This document shows positions 44,852 to 58,322 of a stretch of 64,000 nt of DNA, piece by piece. Source of the DNA: the human T2T-CHM13v2.0 reference genome, Homo sapiens. Each line of letters begins with the position of its first letter. Position 1 is the stretch's first letter. Where the stretch lies: assembly GCF_009914755.1 (NCBI RefSeq), contig NC_060927.1; one strand, given 5' to 3'. Under the pieces are notes generated by a model. It was not told the DNA's origin. It saw only the letters and a list, made by a program, of their open reading frames with translations, and searched no databases. Position numbers and translations under genes: made by a program.

Positions 44852-46440
44852 TCTAAACAAACAGCTGCTACATAACCCAGCAATTGCACTCTTGGGTATT
44901 TATCTCAGAGAAATAAAAATTTCTATTCACAAATACACGTACATGAATGTTTATAGCAGTTTTATTCATAGTAACCCCAAACTGGAAGTAATTCAGAAGT
45001 CCTTCAACAGGTAGATGATTAAACAGATTTTAATCTGTGGTAAATTCATGCTATGAATTATTTCTCAGCCATCAAAAAGAGCCAAATATTTATATACACA
45101 GCAACTTGAACAAATCCCTGGAGAATTATGCTGAGTAAAAAAAGCCAATCTCAAAACATTACATGCCATATGATTCTATTTATATAAAATTTTTGAAGTA
45201 ACAAAAGCACAGAAATGGAGAACAGGTTAGTGGTTGCCAAGGGTTACGGAAGGGGTAAGGATGGGAAGGAAGTGGGTATAGCTATAAAAGGGGAACACAG
45301 AGATCCTTGTGGTGGTAGAAATATTCTGTATCTTGACTGTATTAATGTTATTATCATGGTTGTGATATTGTTCTACAGGTTTTCAAAATGTCACCATTGG
45401 GGCAACTGGGTAAAAGGTACATGAGATCTTTATTATTTCTCATAATTGCATGTGAATCTACACTTAACTCAAAATTAAAAATTTGATTTTTAAAAAGTAA
45501 TACATAGGACCATGGGAATGGGATGGAAGGGATGGTGGTATTGACACTTCTCTGAGTAAATCTTTTGGTACAGGATTGAATTTTGGAGTCATTAATGGTT
45601 CATGTACTCAAACATATAATAAAATTAAAGTCAACAAAGATGAAGAAAAACCCTAAAATGAAATATAAAAATAAACAAATGAACCTAACTGTATTTCACA
45701 TGAATAACATCACATGTTGAAGGGGGGAAAACTAACCCAAGTAAGTTGAATATAGCATTTTATGCCTAAATTTTTTTTTAACTTTAAGTTTTTGTGTGAA
45801 CATATGCAATCAATTCTTTTGGGTATATACCCAGGAATGGAATTGCTGGGTCATATGGCAAATCTAGGTTTAATATTTTGAAGAACTTACAAAGTGGCCA
45901 CCTTATTTTAAAATCCAACCAGCAGTGTAAGAGGGTTCCAATTACTCCACATCCTCACCAAAACTTGATATTGACATTTTTATGTCAATTCTTTAACTTG
46001 AATTTCCTTCATCATATGGGTTGTATAAATTCAAATTCCAAATCCCAACTGAGAAGGGATTTCAATCACTCAGCAGAGGTTATTCTACCAAGAGCCAATG
46101 TAGAAACTTCTCACAGCATACATGATTGGCTCAAGTCGTATTTTTATTTTACTTAACAAGTACAGCAGTTAGTAAATACCAGACATTGTTATAAACACTT
46201 TACAAAAATTATCTCATTTAATTCTCATAAAAACCCAAAAGGTAGGTATTATTATTATCCCAATTTTATAGATAAGAAAAATTGAGGCAATTACCTCACG
46301 TTAACGAATTTGCCTGTAGGCATGCAGCTAGTATGTGGCAGAACTGAGGTGTAATCCCCAACTCCAGTCTGACTCCAAAATTTGCATACATTCATTAAGT
46401 GATTGAAGTGCAAATATCTAGAAAACTATTAGAAATGTGG

Positions 46441-46854
<414 letters not shown>

Positions 46855-47009
46855 TCATGTGCCTGCCTCATTGAAATATTTAAGAGAGAGAAGAAAAAAA
46901 CTAAAGTTAATCCTTCCATGCCTAAATCTTGAGTAGGAGTGAAACAACAACTTAAAATAGAAAAGAGGTTTTGATTATCTTTCATGTCTTTTTTTCTTTC
47001 ACTTTTCCA

Positions 47010-47319
47010 CTTTTTTATTTTGTATTTTTATTTTTTAAGACAGTCTCACTCTGTTGCGCAGGCTGGAGTGCGGGGGTGCCATCTCGACTCACTGCAACAT
47101 CCACCTCCTGAGTTCAAGCGATTCTCCTCCTGCCTCAGCCTCCTGAGTAGCTGGGATTACAGGTGCCCGCCACCACGTCTGGCTAATTTTTGTATTTTTA
47201 GTAGATATGGGGTTTCATCATGTTGGCCAGGCTGGTCTCGAACTCCTGACCTCAAGTGATCTGCCTGCCTCAGCCTCCCAAAGTGCTGAGATTACAGGTG
47301 TGAGCCACCGCACCCGGCC
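47010..47319 (-). mobile_element. Alu (AluS-like)
   Basis: Reverse dimer; TTTTCCAC on both flanks. Confidence 0.93.
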
Positions 47320-47452
47320 ATTTTTCCACATTTTTAATGTTCTGTAATGGATATACATTATATAAGTTTTAAAAAAAAGTTACATTTTTTTAAATGGAAA
47401 GGGCTGTGAAAATCCAACCTCGGGAAGATGAATAAAGCGAGAGAATGTTTAC

Positions 47453-47625
47453 CTGTCATGAATAGAGTTGATATAAAGGTTCACAAACCACGTGAGAGAG
47501 TACTGATACATGGGATCAATATTAGCCAGGTCTGCAATGCTAAAGAATAACACTGACGAGTGTTTGGCGATGGGTCTATAGCCTTCTCGAGACTCTGCTA
47601 TTTTGAGTTCTGTTTTTTCTGCAAT
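47453..47625 (-). CDS. DNAH12: Dynein heavy chain exon, end of buttress/AAA5 small domain (173 bp)
   Basis: AG at 47626-47627; donor AG|GTAAAC; IAEKTELKIAESREGYRPIAKHSSVLFFSIADLANIDPMYQYSLTWFVNLYINSIHD(S) with the IDPMYQYSL motif; phase 0-2. Confidence 0.95.
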
Positions 47626-48979
47626 CTAGGAGAACAGAAAAAGCGAGATTAAGAAATAGGAAGAGTATTTTAGTTATGTACTTTTCATATAATGAAGTAT
47701 ATATATTTTAAAAAAATCTCAGTGCAATAACAGTATATGAGTTTAAGTATGGTTTACAAGAGAGGGCTTTATCATACTAAAAGCCAGAAATAAAGAAAAC
47801 AAAAGGGGATGAAGGAAAGAACTAGGGATGGAGGAAAGGGGAAGGAGAGAAAGGAGGAACAAGAGAGGAAAAAAGAAAAAACAAGTTTAAACTTTAGATT
47901 AACAGTATGATCAGCTACCAACCATCTCTTTCTTGAGACATACCAAATAAGAAAGCTTTGCTTATTCTTTGACTGACTGACCTGTGTCTACTGTAGTCAT
48001 TCACCTTCTTTTATCTTAACAGGTCAGAGATAAAGAGGGAGAGAGGGATGGAGAGCAAGTGTACATGTGCGTATATTTAAGGTGTTAACTCGTGTACTGG
48101 AACCCAGCACAGTCTGGCAAAGTAGGTATTCAAAACTATTTGTTGATTGATGGTTTTATATACAAGAATGCTTTTTCAACTAGCTTCTCATATGTTTAAT
48201 TTTCTAACTTAACAGGGCTGTAGATATTCAACCCCCAAAGAAAAATGTTCTCCAAGATAATAGCTCTTCAACTCAATCGGATAGGTTGATATTCTATAGA
48301 AAAAAATGTTTCGAGCACTATTCCAACTCACTCTTCTTTCTTTGGTAATGCTATCCACAGACTCTGATGAATGGTATGCCTATGTAGTCATGTTTATATC
48401 AAATCCTGTTTGTTGCTAATTTAATCAAGAGGCAGGGCTAGAACCAGATCCAAGATAAGGTAATCAAAAATTTCCCTGGAGAATTAAAACTTTAAAAGCC
48501 TCGGAAACTGAAGTTAGGTGGCATTGGCATTAGGAGTAAAAGGTAGTGGGACTTTTACTACATGTTGGTTTCTACATGCTAGATGAGTATATAAAGGAAG
48601 AGATACAAAAGTCTTAAAAGAAACTGGTCTTCAGATAGAGTAGAGGGAAGCACAGAATGACCACACAGCCCCGGAGGTAGAGGAAGAGACAGAGAGTACA
48701 GAAACTTAAGGCCTTCCCGTTCATCCTTGAGGTCTGGATGTATGTCCTATAATTGAGAAAATAAATTATTCCCTTGTATCTTTTTTATTTTAGCTAATTC
48801 AAGTGGGTTCCTGTTCCTTGCAAACAAACTTTCCCCAAAATTACACTGTATAACCACAAATGAACTAAAAATAAGTTTGGAATCTCAGTCCTAACTATAA
48901 ATAAGTAAAACAAAGTTATCGACAATGGGAATTAATGACATCTTATGTAAGAAAGCATAATTTTTGTATTCTCACTTAA

Positions 48980-49361
<382 letters not shown>

Positions 49362-49555
49362 GTAATTTTTAAACATTAAATAATAACTTAATTAGTATTC
49401 CATGGCTTGATCTATGCATACTTACAGTGTTTGCTAAACTTGAATCCTTAGCATGAAATGCTAGGCTTAAGAAATATAAATACATTTTAAAAATCATTTA
49501 CCATTAGTGTCCTAAAATCAAAGAACAAGATATTTTCTAAGAAATAAATACTATG

Positions 49556-49897
<342 letters not shown>

Positions 49898-50681
49898 TTA
49901 AAAGAGGGCAACTCATTACTTGTAAAACTTTTTCTGGTCTGTGATATTTATATATATTATACTTTCCAAAAATAAAAAAGACTAAACTTCAGTCAGGAAA
50001 CCACTGGAGTAGCAGTAGGGGTAAATTTTGAAATCTCTAGAATAAACTTGTAAAGTTTTGTTTGTTTGTTTAATCTTGTGGGTTCAGGGAAAAGGGAAAA
50101 GCAGATTTTGACTATTTTGGAGAGCCTTCCCTGAAGATGTTTTTTCTTAGGTAGGTGGAGAAAGGTAGAATAGAAGTCAGGGTCAGATACAGAGTATGTT
50201 TTAGCTCAAACCATATAATGAATTTAAAACTATGTTTGCAATGATCAGTGGGATCCAGTCAGAAAGGTCCTATCATTTATTATATTTTTCTCACTGTAAG
50301 ATAAAGCACTTGAACCAATAAATAATTATATCTTCCTTTCTCTTCGAGTCTTAATAGGAAATAAGCCAATAAATGCTCCCTATCTTCTCTCCCCTTTGAA
50401 AACTAGTTTGGTGAGGGAACAAGAAGTAGCTTGTTCTGCTCTGATGGACGGGTATTGGGAAAGGAGACACTACAGAATATCTCAGCCATGGTCCCAGACT
50501 GGGGGCTGCCACAGAATATTACTCTAAGACCCTACTCCTTTGGCTCCCCCAAGATGAAAAACCCAAAACAAAACAAAGCACCAAATAGTACAAGTGACCA
50601 GAAAGCATTACCATCACATTCATACAAAATAAATCTATCCAAAAGGGAAGGGTGCCTAGAGCTTTAGAAAGTCCTCTGTCC

Positions 50682-50980
50682 AGCCAGGCACAGTGGCTCA
50701 CGCCTGTAATCCCAGCACTTTGAGAGGCCAAGGCAGGCGGATCACCTGAGGTTGGGAGTTCGAGACCAGCCTGACCAACATGGAGAAACCCCATCTCTAC
50801 TAAAAATACAAAATTAGCCGGGTGTGGTGGCTTATGCCTGTAATCCCAGCTACTCAGGAGGCTGAGGCAGAAGAATCGCTTGAACTCGGAGGCGAAGGTT
50901 GCAATGAGCCAAGATGGTGCCATTGTACTATAGCCTGGGCAACAAGAGCGAAACTCTGTAACAACAACAACAACAACAAC
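50682..50980 (+). mobile_element. Alu (AluSp-like) with (AAC)n tail
   Basis: Perfect TSD AAGTCCTCTGTCC (50669-50681, 50981-50993). Confidence 0.95.
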
Positions 50981-51339
50981 AAGTCCTCTGTCCCAGAGCA
51001 AGGGTGCATTGTGGGGTGGGGAGCAGTGCAGAGATGATGAGTAATTAGTGCAATCTCTGTTTAGCTTTCTTTTTATTTTTTAATTACCCTAAAGTGAAGG
51101 AGCACATAATTCATTGGGTGGGTCAAGGAAAACCAAAAGGCCTGAAGATCAATAACGTTAGCTTACAGAAGTCATTCTGTAATACCATTTAATTGTGTAA
51201 ACTTGGGCCTTAGCCAACCTTTCTGGGCCCTAGTTTCCTCAACTATGAAGTGCAAAAAATAACTGCTTGCTAACGCCTTTTCTGCTTATAACATTGTATT
51301 ATTCTATAAAAAGAGAAGTAACATAAAAATATCATTCAG

Positions 51340-51627
51340 GGCCGGGCACGGTGACTCACGCCTGTAATCCCTGCACTTTGGGAGGCCGAGACGGGTAGAT
51401 CACCTGAGATCAGGAGTTCAAGACCAACCTGGCCAACATGATGAAACCCTGTCTCTACTAAAAATACAAAAAAATTGGCCCGGCATGGTGGGCGCCTGTA
51501 ATCCCAGCTACTCAGGAGTCCTGAGGCAGGAGAATTCCTTGAACCCGGAGGTGGATGTTGGAGTGTGCTGAGATCACGCCACTGCACTCCAGCCTGGACA
51601 ACAAGAGTAAAACTCTGTCTCAAAAAA
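51340..51627 (+). mobile_element. Alu (AluS-like)
   Basis: Dimer; TCATTCAG on both flanks, beyond the microsatellite. Confidence 0.92.
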
Positions 51628-51713
51628 TATATATACGTATATATACACACACTTATATATATACGTACGCACTATATATATATACACACACACTATATAT
51701 ATATACACACACA

Positions 51714-51749
<36 letters not shown>
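51627..51749. repeat. Compound (TA)n/(CA)n microsatellite grown from an Alu tail
   Basis: Alternating TATATA and CACACA blocks ending in ~16 TA units. Confidence 0.95.
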
Positions 51750-51752
<3 letters not shown>

Positions 51753-52046
51753 ATTCAGCTCTGTTAGGTGAATTTGCAATAAATCCATTATTGGCTGTAA
51801 ACTATTTGCCTCTCTTCCTCTACCTGCCACCCTCAACTCTTATACCTGTCTTCCCGACGAATGACAAGATAATGACGGAATTAATGTCTAAGAATCTCTA
51901 TTTATTCCTAGAATCCCTAATTGTTCAATCAACTAGCAACTACCTCCACCAAGAACTCCAATCAGAAACAGAGGTAAGACAAGCTCTCAAATTCAATTTT
52001 CCAGAGAAGAGTCAATTAAAACCTGAATGAACCCAAGTATCCTGCT

Positions 52047-53610
52047 TTACCTATCCAATAATAATACCTATCTGATACTTCTAATAATACCTTACCAATC
52101 CAATAATAATAACTTACCTGTTCAATAATAATACCTTTCCAATATTTTTTTAAAATTATACTTTAAGTTCTAGGGTACATGTGCACAATGTGCAGGTTTG
52201 TTACACATGTATACAAGTACCATGTTGGTTTGCTGCACCCATTAACTCGTCATTTACATTAGGTATGCCTCCTAATGCTATCCCTCCCCACTCCCCCCAC
52301 CCCATGACAGCTCCCAGTGTATGATGTTCCCCACCCTGTGTCCAAGTGTTCTCATTGTTCAATTCCCACCTATGAGTAAGAACATGCAGTGTTTGGTTTT
52401 CTGTCCTTGCAATAGTTTGCTCAGAATGATGGTTTCCACCAGCTTCATCCATGTCCCTGCGAAGAACACGAACTCATTCTTTTTTATGGCTGCATAGTAT
52501 TCCATGGTCTATATGTGCCACATTTTCTTAATCCAGTCTATCATTGATGGACATTTGGGTTGGTTCCAAGTCTTTGCTATTGTGAGTAGTGCCACAATAA
52601 ACATACGTGTGCATGTGTCTTTATAGTAGCGTGATTTATAATCCTTTGGGTATATACCCAGTAATGGGATGGCTGGGTCAAATGGTATTCCTAGTTCTAG
52701 ATCCTTGACAAAGTGCCACACTGTCTTCCACAATGGTTGAAGTAATTTATACTTCCACCAACAGTGTAAAAGTGTTGCTATTTCTCCACATCCTCTCCAG
52801 CACCTGTTGTTTCCTGACTTTTTAATGATCGCCATTCTAACTGGTGTGAGATGGTATCTCATTGTGGTTTTGATTTGCATTTCTCAGATGGCCAGTGATG
52901 GTGAGCATTTTTTCATGTGTCTGTTGGCTGCATAAATGTCTTCTTTTGAGTAGTGTCTGTTCATATCCTTTGCCCACTTTTTGATGGGGTTATTTCATTT
53001 TTTTCTTGTAAATTTGTTTAAGTTCTTTGTAGATTCTGGATATTAGCCCTTTGCCAGATGGGTAGATTGTAAAAATTTTCTCCCATTCTGTAGGTTGCCT
53101 GTTCACTCTGAGGGAAGTTTCCTTTGCTGTGCAGAAGCTCTTTAGTTTAATTAGATCCCATTTGTCTATTTTGGCTTTTGTTGCCGTTGCTTTTGGTGTT
53201 TTAGTCATGAAGTCCTTGCCCATGCCTATGTCCTGAATGGTATTGCCAAGGTTTTCTTCTAGGGTTTTTACAGTTTTAGGTCTAACATTTAAGTCTTTAA
53301 TCCATCTTGAATTAATTTTTGTATAAGGTATAAGGGAGGAATCCAGTTTCAACAGAGTTATAGACCAATGGAACAGAACGGAGCCCTCAGAAATAACACC
53401 ATGCATCTATAACCATCTGATCTTTGACAAACCTGACAAAAACAAGAAATGGGGAAAGGATTCCCTATTTAATAAATGGTGCTGGGGAAACTGGCTAGCC
53501 ATATGTAGAAAGCTGAAACTGGATACCTATCCAATACTTCTAATAATACCTTACCTATCCAATAATAATACCTATCTGATACTTGTAATAATACCTATCC
53601 AATAATAATA
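52047..53610. repeat. AT-rich local minisatellite (TACCTATCCAATAATAA / TACCTATCTGATACTTCTAATAA) split by an L1
   Basis: Units at 52047-52144 and again at 53523-53610. Confidence 0.85.
52145..53524 (-). mobile_element. 5'-truncated, 5'-inverted L1PA (PA5/6-like)
   Basis: Minus-strand 3' part 52145-53351, plus-strand inverted part 53351-53524; TSD ATACCTTTCCAATA / ATACCTATCCAATA. Confidence 0.92.
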
Positions 53611-53871
53611 AATATATTTTAAAACGTTCATTCTAAATTTATTTCTTCTGTGTATAGATACCATATAGATCAGACCAGGTTTTAAATAATTTAACAGTAA
53701 GATATTCTCTTATGAGTTTAAATTTATGTTTTGGTATTTTATCATTTTCTTTTTCCTTTCCAGCAAGGCTACACTAACACCTTCCTTGGGGACTGGAAAC
53801 AAATCAGGATCTTAAGATTTCTTAATAATCTTAAGATTTAAATCAAAAGACTTCTAGGATTCTTTTTTCAC

Positions 53872-54064
53872 CTGCTGTTTCTTTGTTATTTCATTGGACA
53901 TCATTTTGGCAGAGTCTAAGACTTTAATTGCACTTTCATCTTCTAAAATGTTTCCTTCTGATGATGATAATGTTTCTAAAATTTTTTTCTCTATGTCTTT
54001 CAGCTGTTTCTTGTTAGCTGCAGACTGAAGAATCAGGGCATTTCGTTCCTCTTCTAATTCTGGT
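53872..54064 (-). CDS. DNAH12: Dynein heavy chain exon, buttress/strut coiled coil (193 bp)
   Basis: AG at 54065-54066; donor CAG|GTGAAA; (R)PELEEERNALILQSAANKKQLKDIEKKILETLSSSEGNILEDESAIKVLDSAKMMSNEITKKQQ; phase 2-0. Confidence 0.95.
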
Positions 54065-54793
54065 CTAAAAAGATAGAAACATTTAGTCCAAATTTGTAGT
54101 ATTTTATCTAAATTTATATCTAAGTGTTACATATCACAAATTTGTAGACATCTAACACAAACTAAGGTGGTTAATTGCTTTAAGGGAAGAAAACTTTCAC
54201 ACATATAACTATTTGAGAAGTTCAAGCAAGAAAAGCATTAATTGTATACACGTAAAATGTGGCAATAACATGTGCCACAGTAAGTCTAAGAACACATTAG
54301 ACTTATCCATATGGCATAGCTGGTATGCAAGAGTAAGAACTGGAGAAGAAACTCAAAGTATGAACTTCTTATCTATTTCTTGATTTTGTCATCACTAAGT
54401 CTCATTTTCATCATATTTTCTATAGTAGCACACATTGAAAGGATGACTGGTGATAAAGCTGGTTCTTTAAGTGAAAGGCAAAATTGGCACTTGTGTCAAA
54501 ACATTTATATCAAACAAAAATGGGATGAAACTTCAAAATAACACAGTCTACCATGGAATAGAATAAGTTATGACATGGTTCCATATTGGACACTCTACAA
54601 GTGGGATTTAAATATTGGAAGAAACACTTCATGGTTACATATTTTCACTTTTAATTCGATTTCATTTATTAGACCACTTGATAATGCTACATTTAGATTC
54701 AAGTGAAATCAGATTTCCTTCCAGAAGCAATTCTTTACTAGTAGCCCTCCCAGGTACCATAGTGTTTTTCCTCATTTTAAAAAAAATACATAT

Positions 54794-55898
54794 TTGGGGT
54801 TTTACATTTAAGTCTTTAATCCTTATTATAGGCACAGGCAAAGATTTCACGACAAAAACATCAAAAGCAACTGCAACAAAAACACAAATTGAAAAATGGG
54901 ATCTAATTAAACTAAGGAGCTTCTGCACAGCAAAATAAACTATCAGAATGTACAGACAACCTACAGAATGGGAGAAAATTTTTGCAATCAATCCACCTGA
55001 CAAAGGTCTAATATCCAGAATCTACAAAGAACTTAAACAAATTTACAAGAAAAGACAAACAACCCCATTAAAAAATGGGCAAAGGACATAAGGACACTTC
55101 TCAAAAGAAGATATTTATGTGGCCAACAAACATATGAAAACAAGCTCAACATCACTGATCATTACAGAAATGTAAATCAAAACCACAATGAGATACCATC
55201 TTATGCCAGTCAGAATGACGATTATTAAAAAGTCAAGAAACAGATGCTGGTGAGGCTGCAGAGAAATAGAAACGCTTTTACACTGTTGGTGGGAATGTAA
55301 ATTAGTTTAACCATTGAAGACAGTCTGGTGATTCCTCAAAGACCTAGAACCAGATATACCATTTGACACAGCAATCCCATTACTGGGTATATACCAAAGG
55401 AATAGAAATCATTCTATTATAAAGGTACATGCACGTGTATGTTCACTGCAGCACTATTCACAATAGCAAAGACATGGAATCAACCTAAGTGTCCATCAAC
55501 TATAGACTGGATAAAGAAAATGTGGTACATATACACCATGGAATACTATGCAGCCATAAAAAGGAACAAGATAATGTCCTTTGCAGAGACATGGATGGAG
55601 CTGGAAGCCATTATCATCAGCAAACTAACACAAAAACAGAAAACCAAACACCACATGTTCTCACTTATAAGTGGGAGCTGAAAAATATGAACACGTAGAC
55701 ACAGGGTAGGGAACAACACACACTGGGGCCTGTCAGGGTGGGTAGGAGGAGGGAGAGCATCAGGAAAAATAGCTAATGCATGCTGGGCTTAATACCTAGG
55801 TGATGGGTTGATAAGCGCAGCAAATCACCATGGCACACGTTTACCTATGTAACAAACCTGCACATCATGCACATGTATCCTGGAACTTAAAATAAAAA
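54794..55898 (+). mobile_element. 5'-truncated L1PA (roughly PA8-10) with a short 5' inversion
   Basis: [13 protein letters not shown]; [19 protein letters not shown]; 3'UTR ending CTGGAACTTAAAATAAAAA. Confidence 0.85.
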
Positions 55899-56241
55899 TA
55901 GTACATATATAAAGTATAAAGAAAACAATAAAACTTACCCATAATCTTACCACCACAGAGATAATTACTTTAACATTGAAGTGTATTCCTTTCCAATCTT
56001 TTTTTATTCTTTTTATATATGTAGATAAATATCAATCTTTTTTTAAACAAAATATCACCTATTCTGGATATAGTTTTATATGCTGCTTTTTCCTTCTTTT
56101 GCTAAGCATTTTCTTATTAATATCCTGTGTGTGTGTACACATATATATATATATATATAAATGTATTTCTATTTACGGTCATAGCATAGATTCCTAGGGG
56201 TGAAATTTCTGTCTCATTCAGGTACAAGTCAGAAGTCATGG

Positions 56242-56785
56242 TGTCAGAGGAATTTGAACCAGAGCAACTCCATCTTGAGCAGGGGGTGGGTAAAATGTGA
56301 TTAAAACCTACTGGATTGCATTCCCAAACGGTTGGGCATTCTAAGTCACAGGATGAGATAGGATGTCAACACAAGAAACAGATCATAAAGACCTTGCTGA
56401 TAAAACAGATTACAGTAAAGAAGCTGGCTAAATCCCACCAATACCAAGATGGCCACAAAAGTGACCTCTGGTCCTCCTCACTGCTACACCCCACCAGTGC
56501 CCTAACAGTTTACAAATGCTATGACAATGTCAAAAAGTTACCCTCTATGGTCTAAAAAAGGGAAGCATAAATAATCCCTTGTTTGGCATATAATCAAGAA
56601 ATAACCATAAAAATGGACGACTAGCAGCCCTTGGGGCTGCTCTATGGAGCAGCCATTCTTTTATTCCTTTACTTTCTTAATAAACTTGCTTTCATTATAC
56701 TCTGTGGACTCGCCCTGAATTCTTTCTTGCATGAGATCCAGCAACCCTTTCGTGGAGTCTGGATCGGGATCCCTTTCCTGTAACA
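56242..56785 (+). mobile_element. MER41A solo LTR (544 bp)
   Basis: TGTCAGAGG..TTTGAACCAGAGCAACTCCATCTTG...CTTTCCTGTAACA; 4-bp TSD ATGG (56238-56241, 56786-56789). Confidence 0.88.
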
Positions 56786-57008
56786 ATGGCAGGTAACCTG
56801 AACCCAACTGCCCATACTAAAAGCCCAATATAACACGGTTGGCTTATAACTTACTTGTTACAGATGGCTATTTTAGAGATTATGTGATTATTTATAGTAA
56901 CAAAGTATAAAATTTGACAAAGTTTTAAAATATTCACAAAACATAAATATTAATGACCTACAAATATTCCTTTTTAAACCATCTAGAAGCATCTAAGAAA
57001 ATACATAC

Positions 57009-57201
57009 CTCTCCTTTGCAACAACAATACCTAGTAATTGATCTTCAAGTCCTTCTGGAGTTATCATGAAATTGAGCAAAGACACTTTTGTAGCCAGTTC
57101 TGGCATATAGTGCGGGTTTCTCAGTTTTGTGGTGATATAAAATTTGAAATCAAAGGAATACTCAATAATGACCTCACCAAGTCTGATGCAATCAATGCCA
57201 C
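57009..57201 (-). CDS. DNAH12: Dynein heavy chain exon, AAA5 (193 bp)
   Basis: AG at 57202-57203; donor AG|GTATGT; (G)GIDCIRLGEVIIEYSFDFKFYITTKLRNPHYMPELATKVSLLNFMITPEGLEDQLLGIVVAKE(R); phase 1-2. Confidence 0.95.
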
Positions 57202-57325
57202 CTATATTTCAGAAAACAAATGCATAACAAGTGAGCTAGTTACATAGCCCCTCATGCTATGTACTTCTATGGCCTTGCCTAGGTTACAAATAAACGGTCC
57301 TAAAGTAATTTAAAATAGAAAACAG

Positions 57326-57608
57326 GGCCAGGCTCAGTGGCTCACACCTATAATACCAACACTTTGGGAGGCCAAGGCAAGTGGATCACTGGAGGTAAGG
57401 AGTTCAACACCAGCCTGGCCAACATGGTGAAACCCCATCTCTACTAAAAATACTAAAAAAATTAGCTGGGTGTCATGGTGGAACACACCTGTAATCCCAG
57501 CTACTTTGGAGGCTAAGGAACAAGAATCGCTTGAACCCAGGAAGCAGTGAGCTGAGACTGCACCACTACACTCCAGCCTGAGCATCAGAGCAAGACTCTG
57601 TCTCAAAA
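57326..57608 (+). mobile_element. Alu with a small right-arm deletion
   Basis: Dimeric Alu body. Confidence 0.88.
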
Positions 57609-57922
57609 TGATAATAACATACAGAAAACAGGAGTGGCAAAAGTCACAGACACAGCAGCAAGTAAGCAATTATACAGCAGGACTCTTTCTGGGTTAATAT
57701 AGGACATTTTCTCTGGTTGTCATAGAGCTTTGTAAATCAAGATTTATTTTGAGCTTTCTTCCTCCATCAATTTTCAATCATGATTCTAAAATATATGTAA
57801 ATGACTAAAGCTCTTAAAGGTAATAGCACTTGGCAGAGACAAATTTTTATAAACAGAAAGATATTAGCTGGACAATGTTTACCTAAACTCAACTCAGGCC
57901 CACATTCACCATCACTATTCAT

Positions 57923-57994
57923 GGTGGCTAATTCCTGTAATCCCAGCACTTTGGGAGGCTGAGGGAGGAGGATCACTTGAGGCCAGGAGTTTGA
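57923..57994 (+). mobile_element. 72-bp internal Alu left-arm fragment without tail
   Basis: Flanked by the exact 16-bp repeat CACCATCACTATTCAT (57907-57922, 57995-58010). Confidence 0.88.
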
Positions 57995-58322
57995 CACCAT
58001 CACTATTCATAACAACAGACTTTTGGTGGTCAAGGGTCACAGGATAAAGCAATTTCAAGCTGGCTTCAACTTCTTTATGTTCTCTGACAGTCTAGATAAC
58101 AGTGGTTAAGGCAATGAAGAGAGGGCAAGGTATTTATCTTAGAATACCTGGCTAAGGTTCATTCCTGATAGCTTGTTCCAAATTTCCTTTCACTCATAAC
58201 AATGAGCCAGAAGTTCTGCATTATTAACATTATTATTAAATGTATGTAGTAGGCTTCTTTCATGCCTCCAAGATAATTCAATAATCTTTCAGTTCTACAG
58301 ATTAATAGTAATTGCTTTATAC

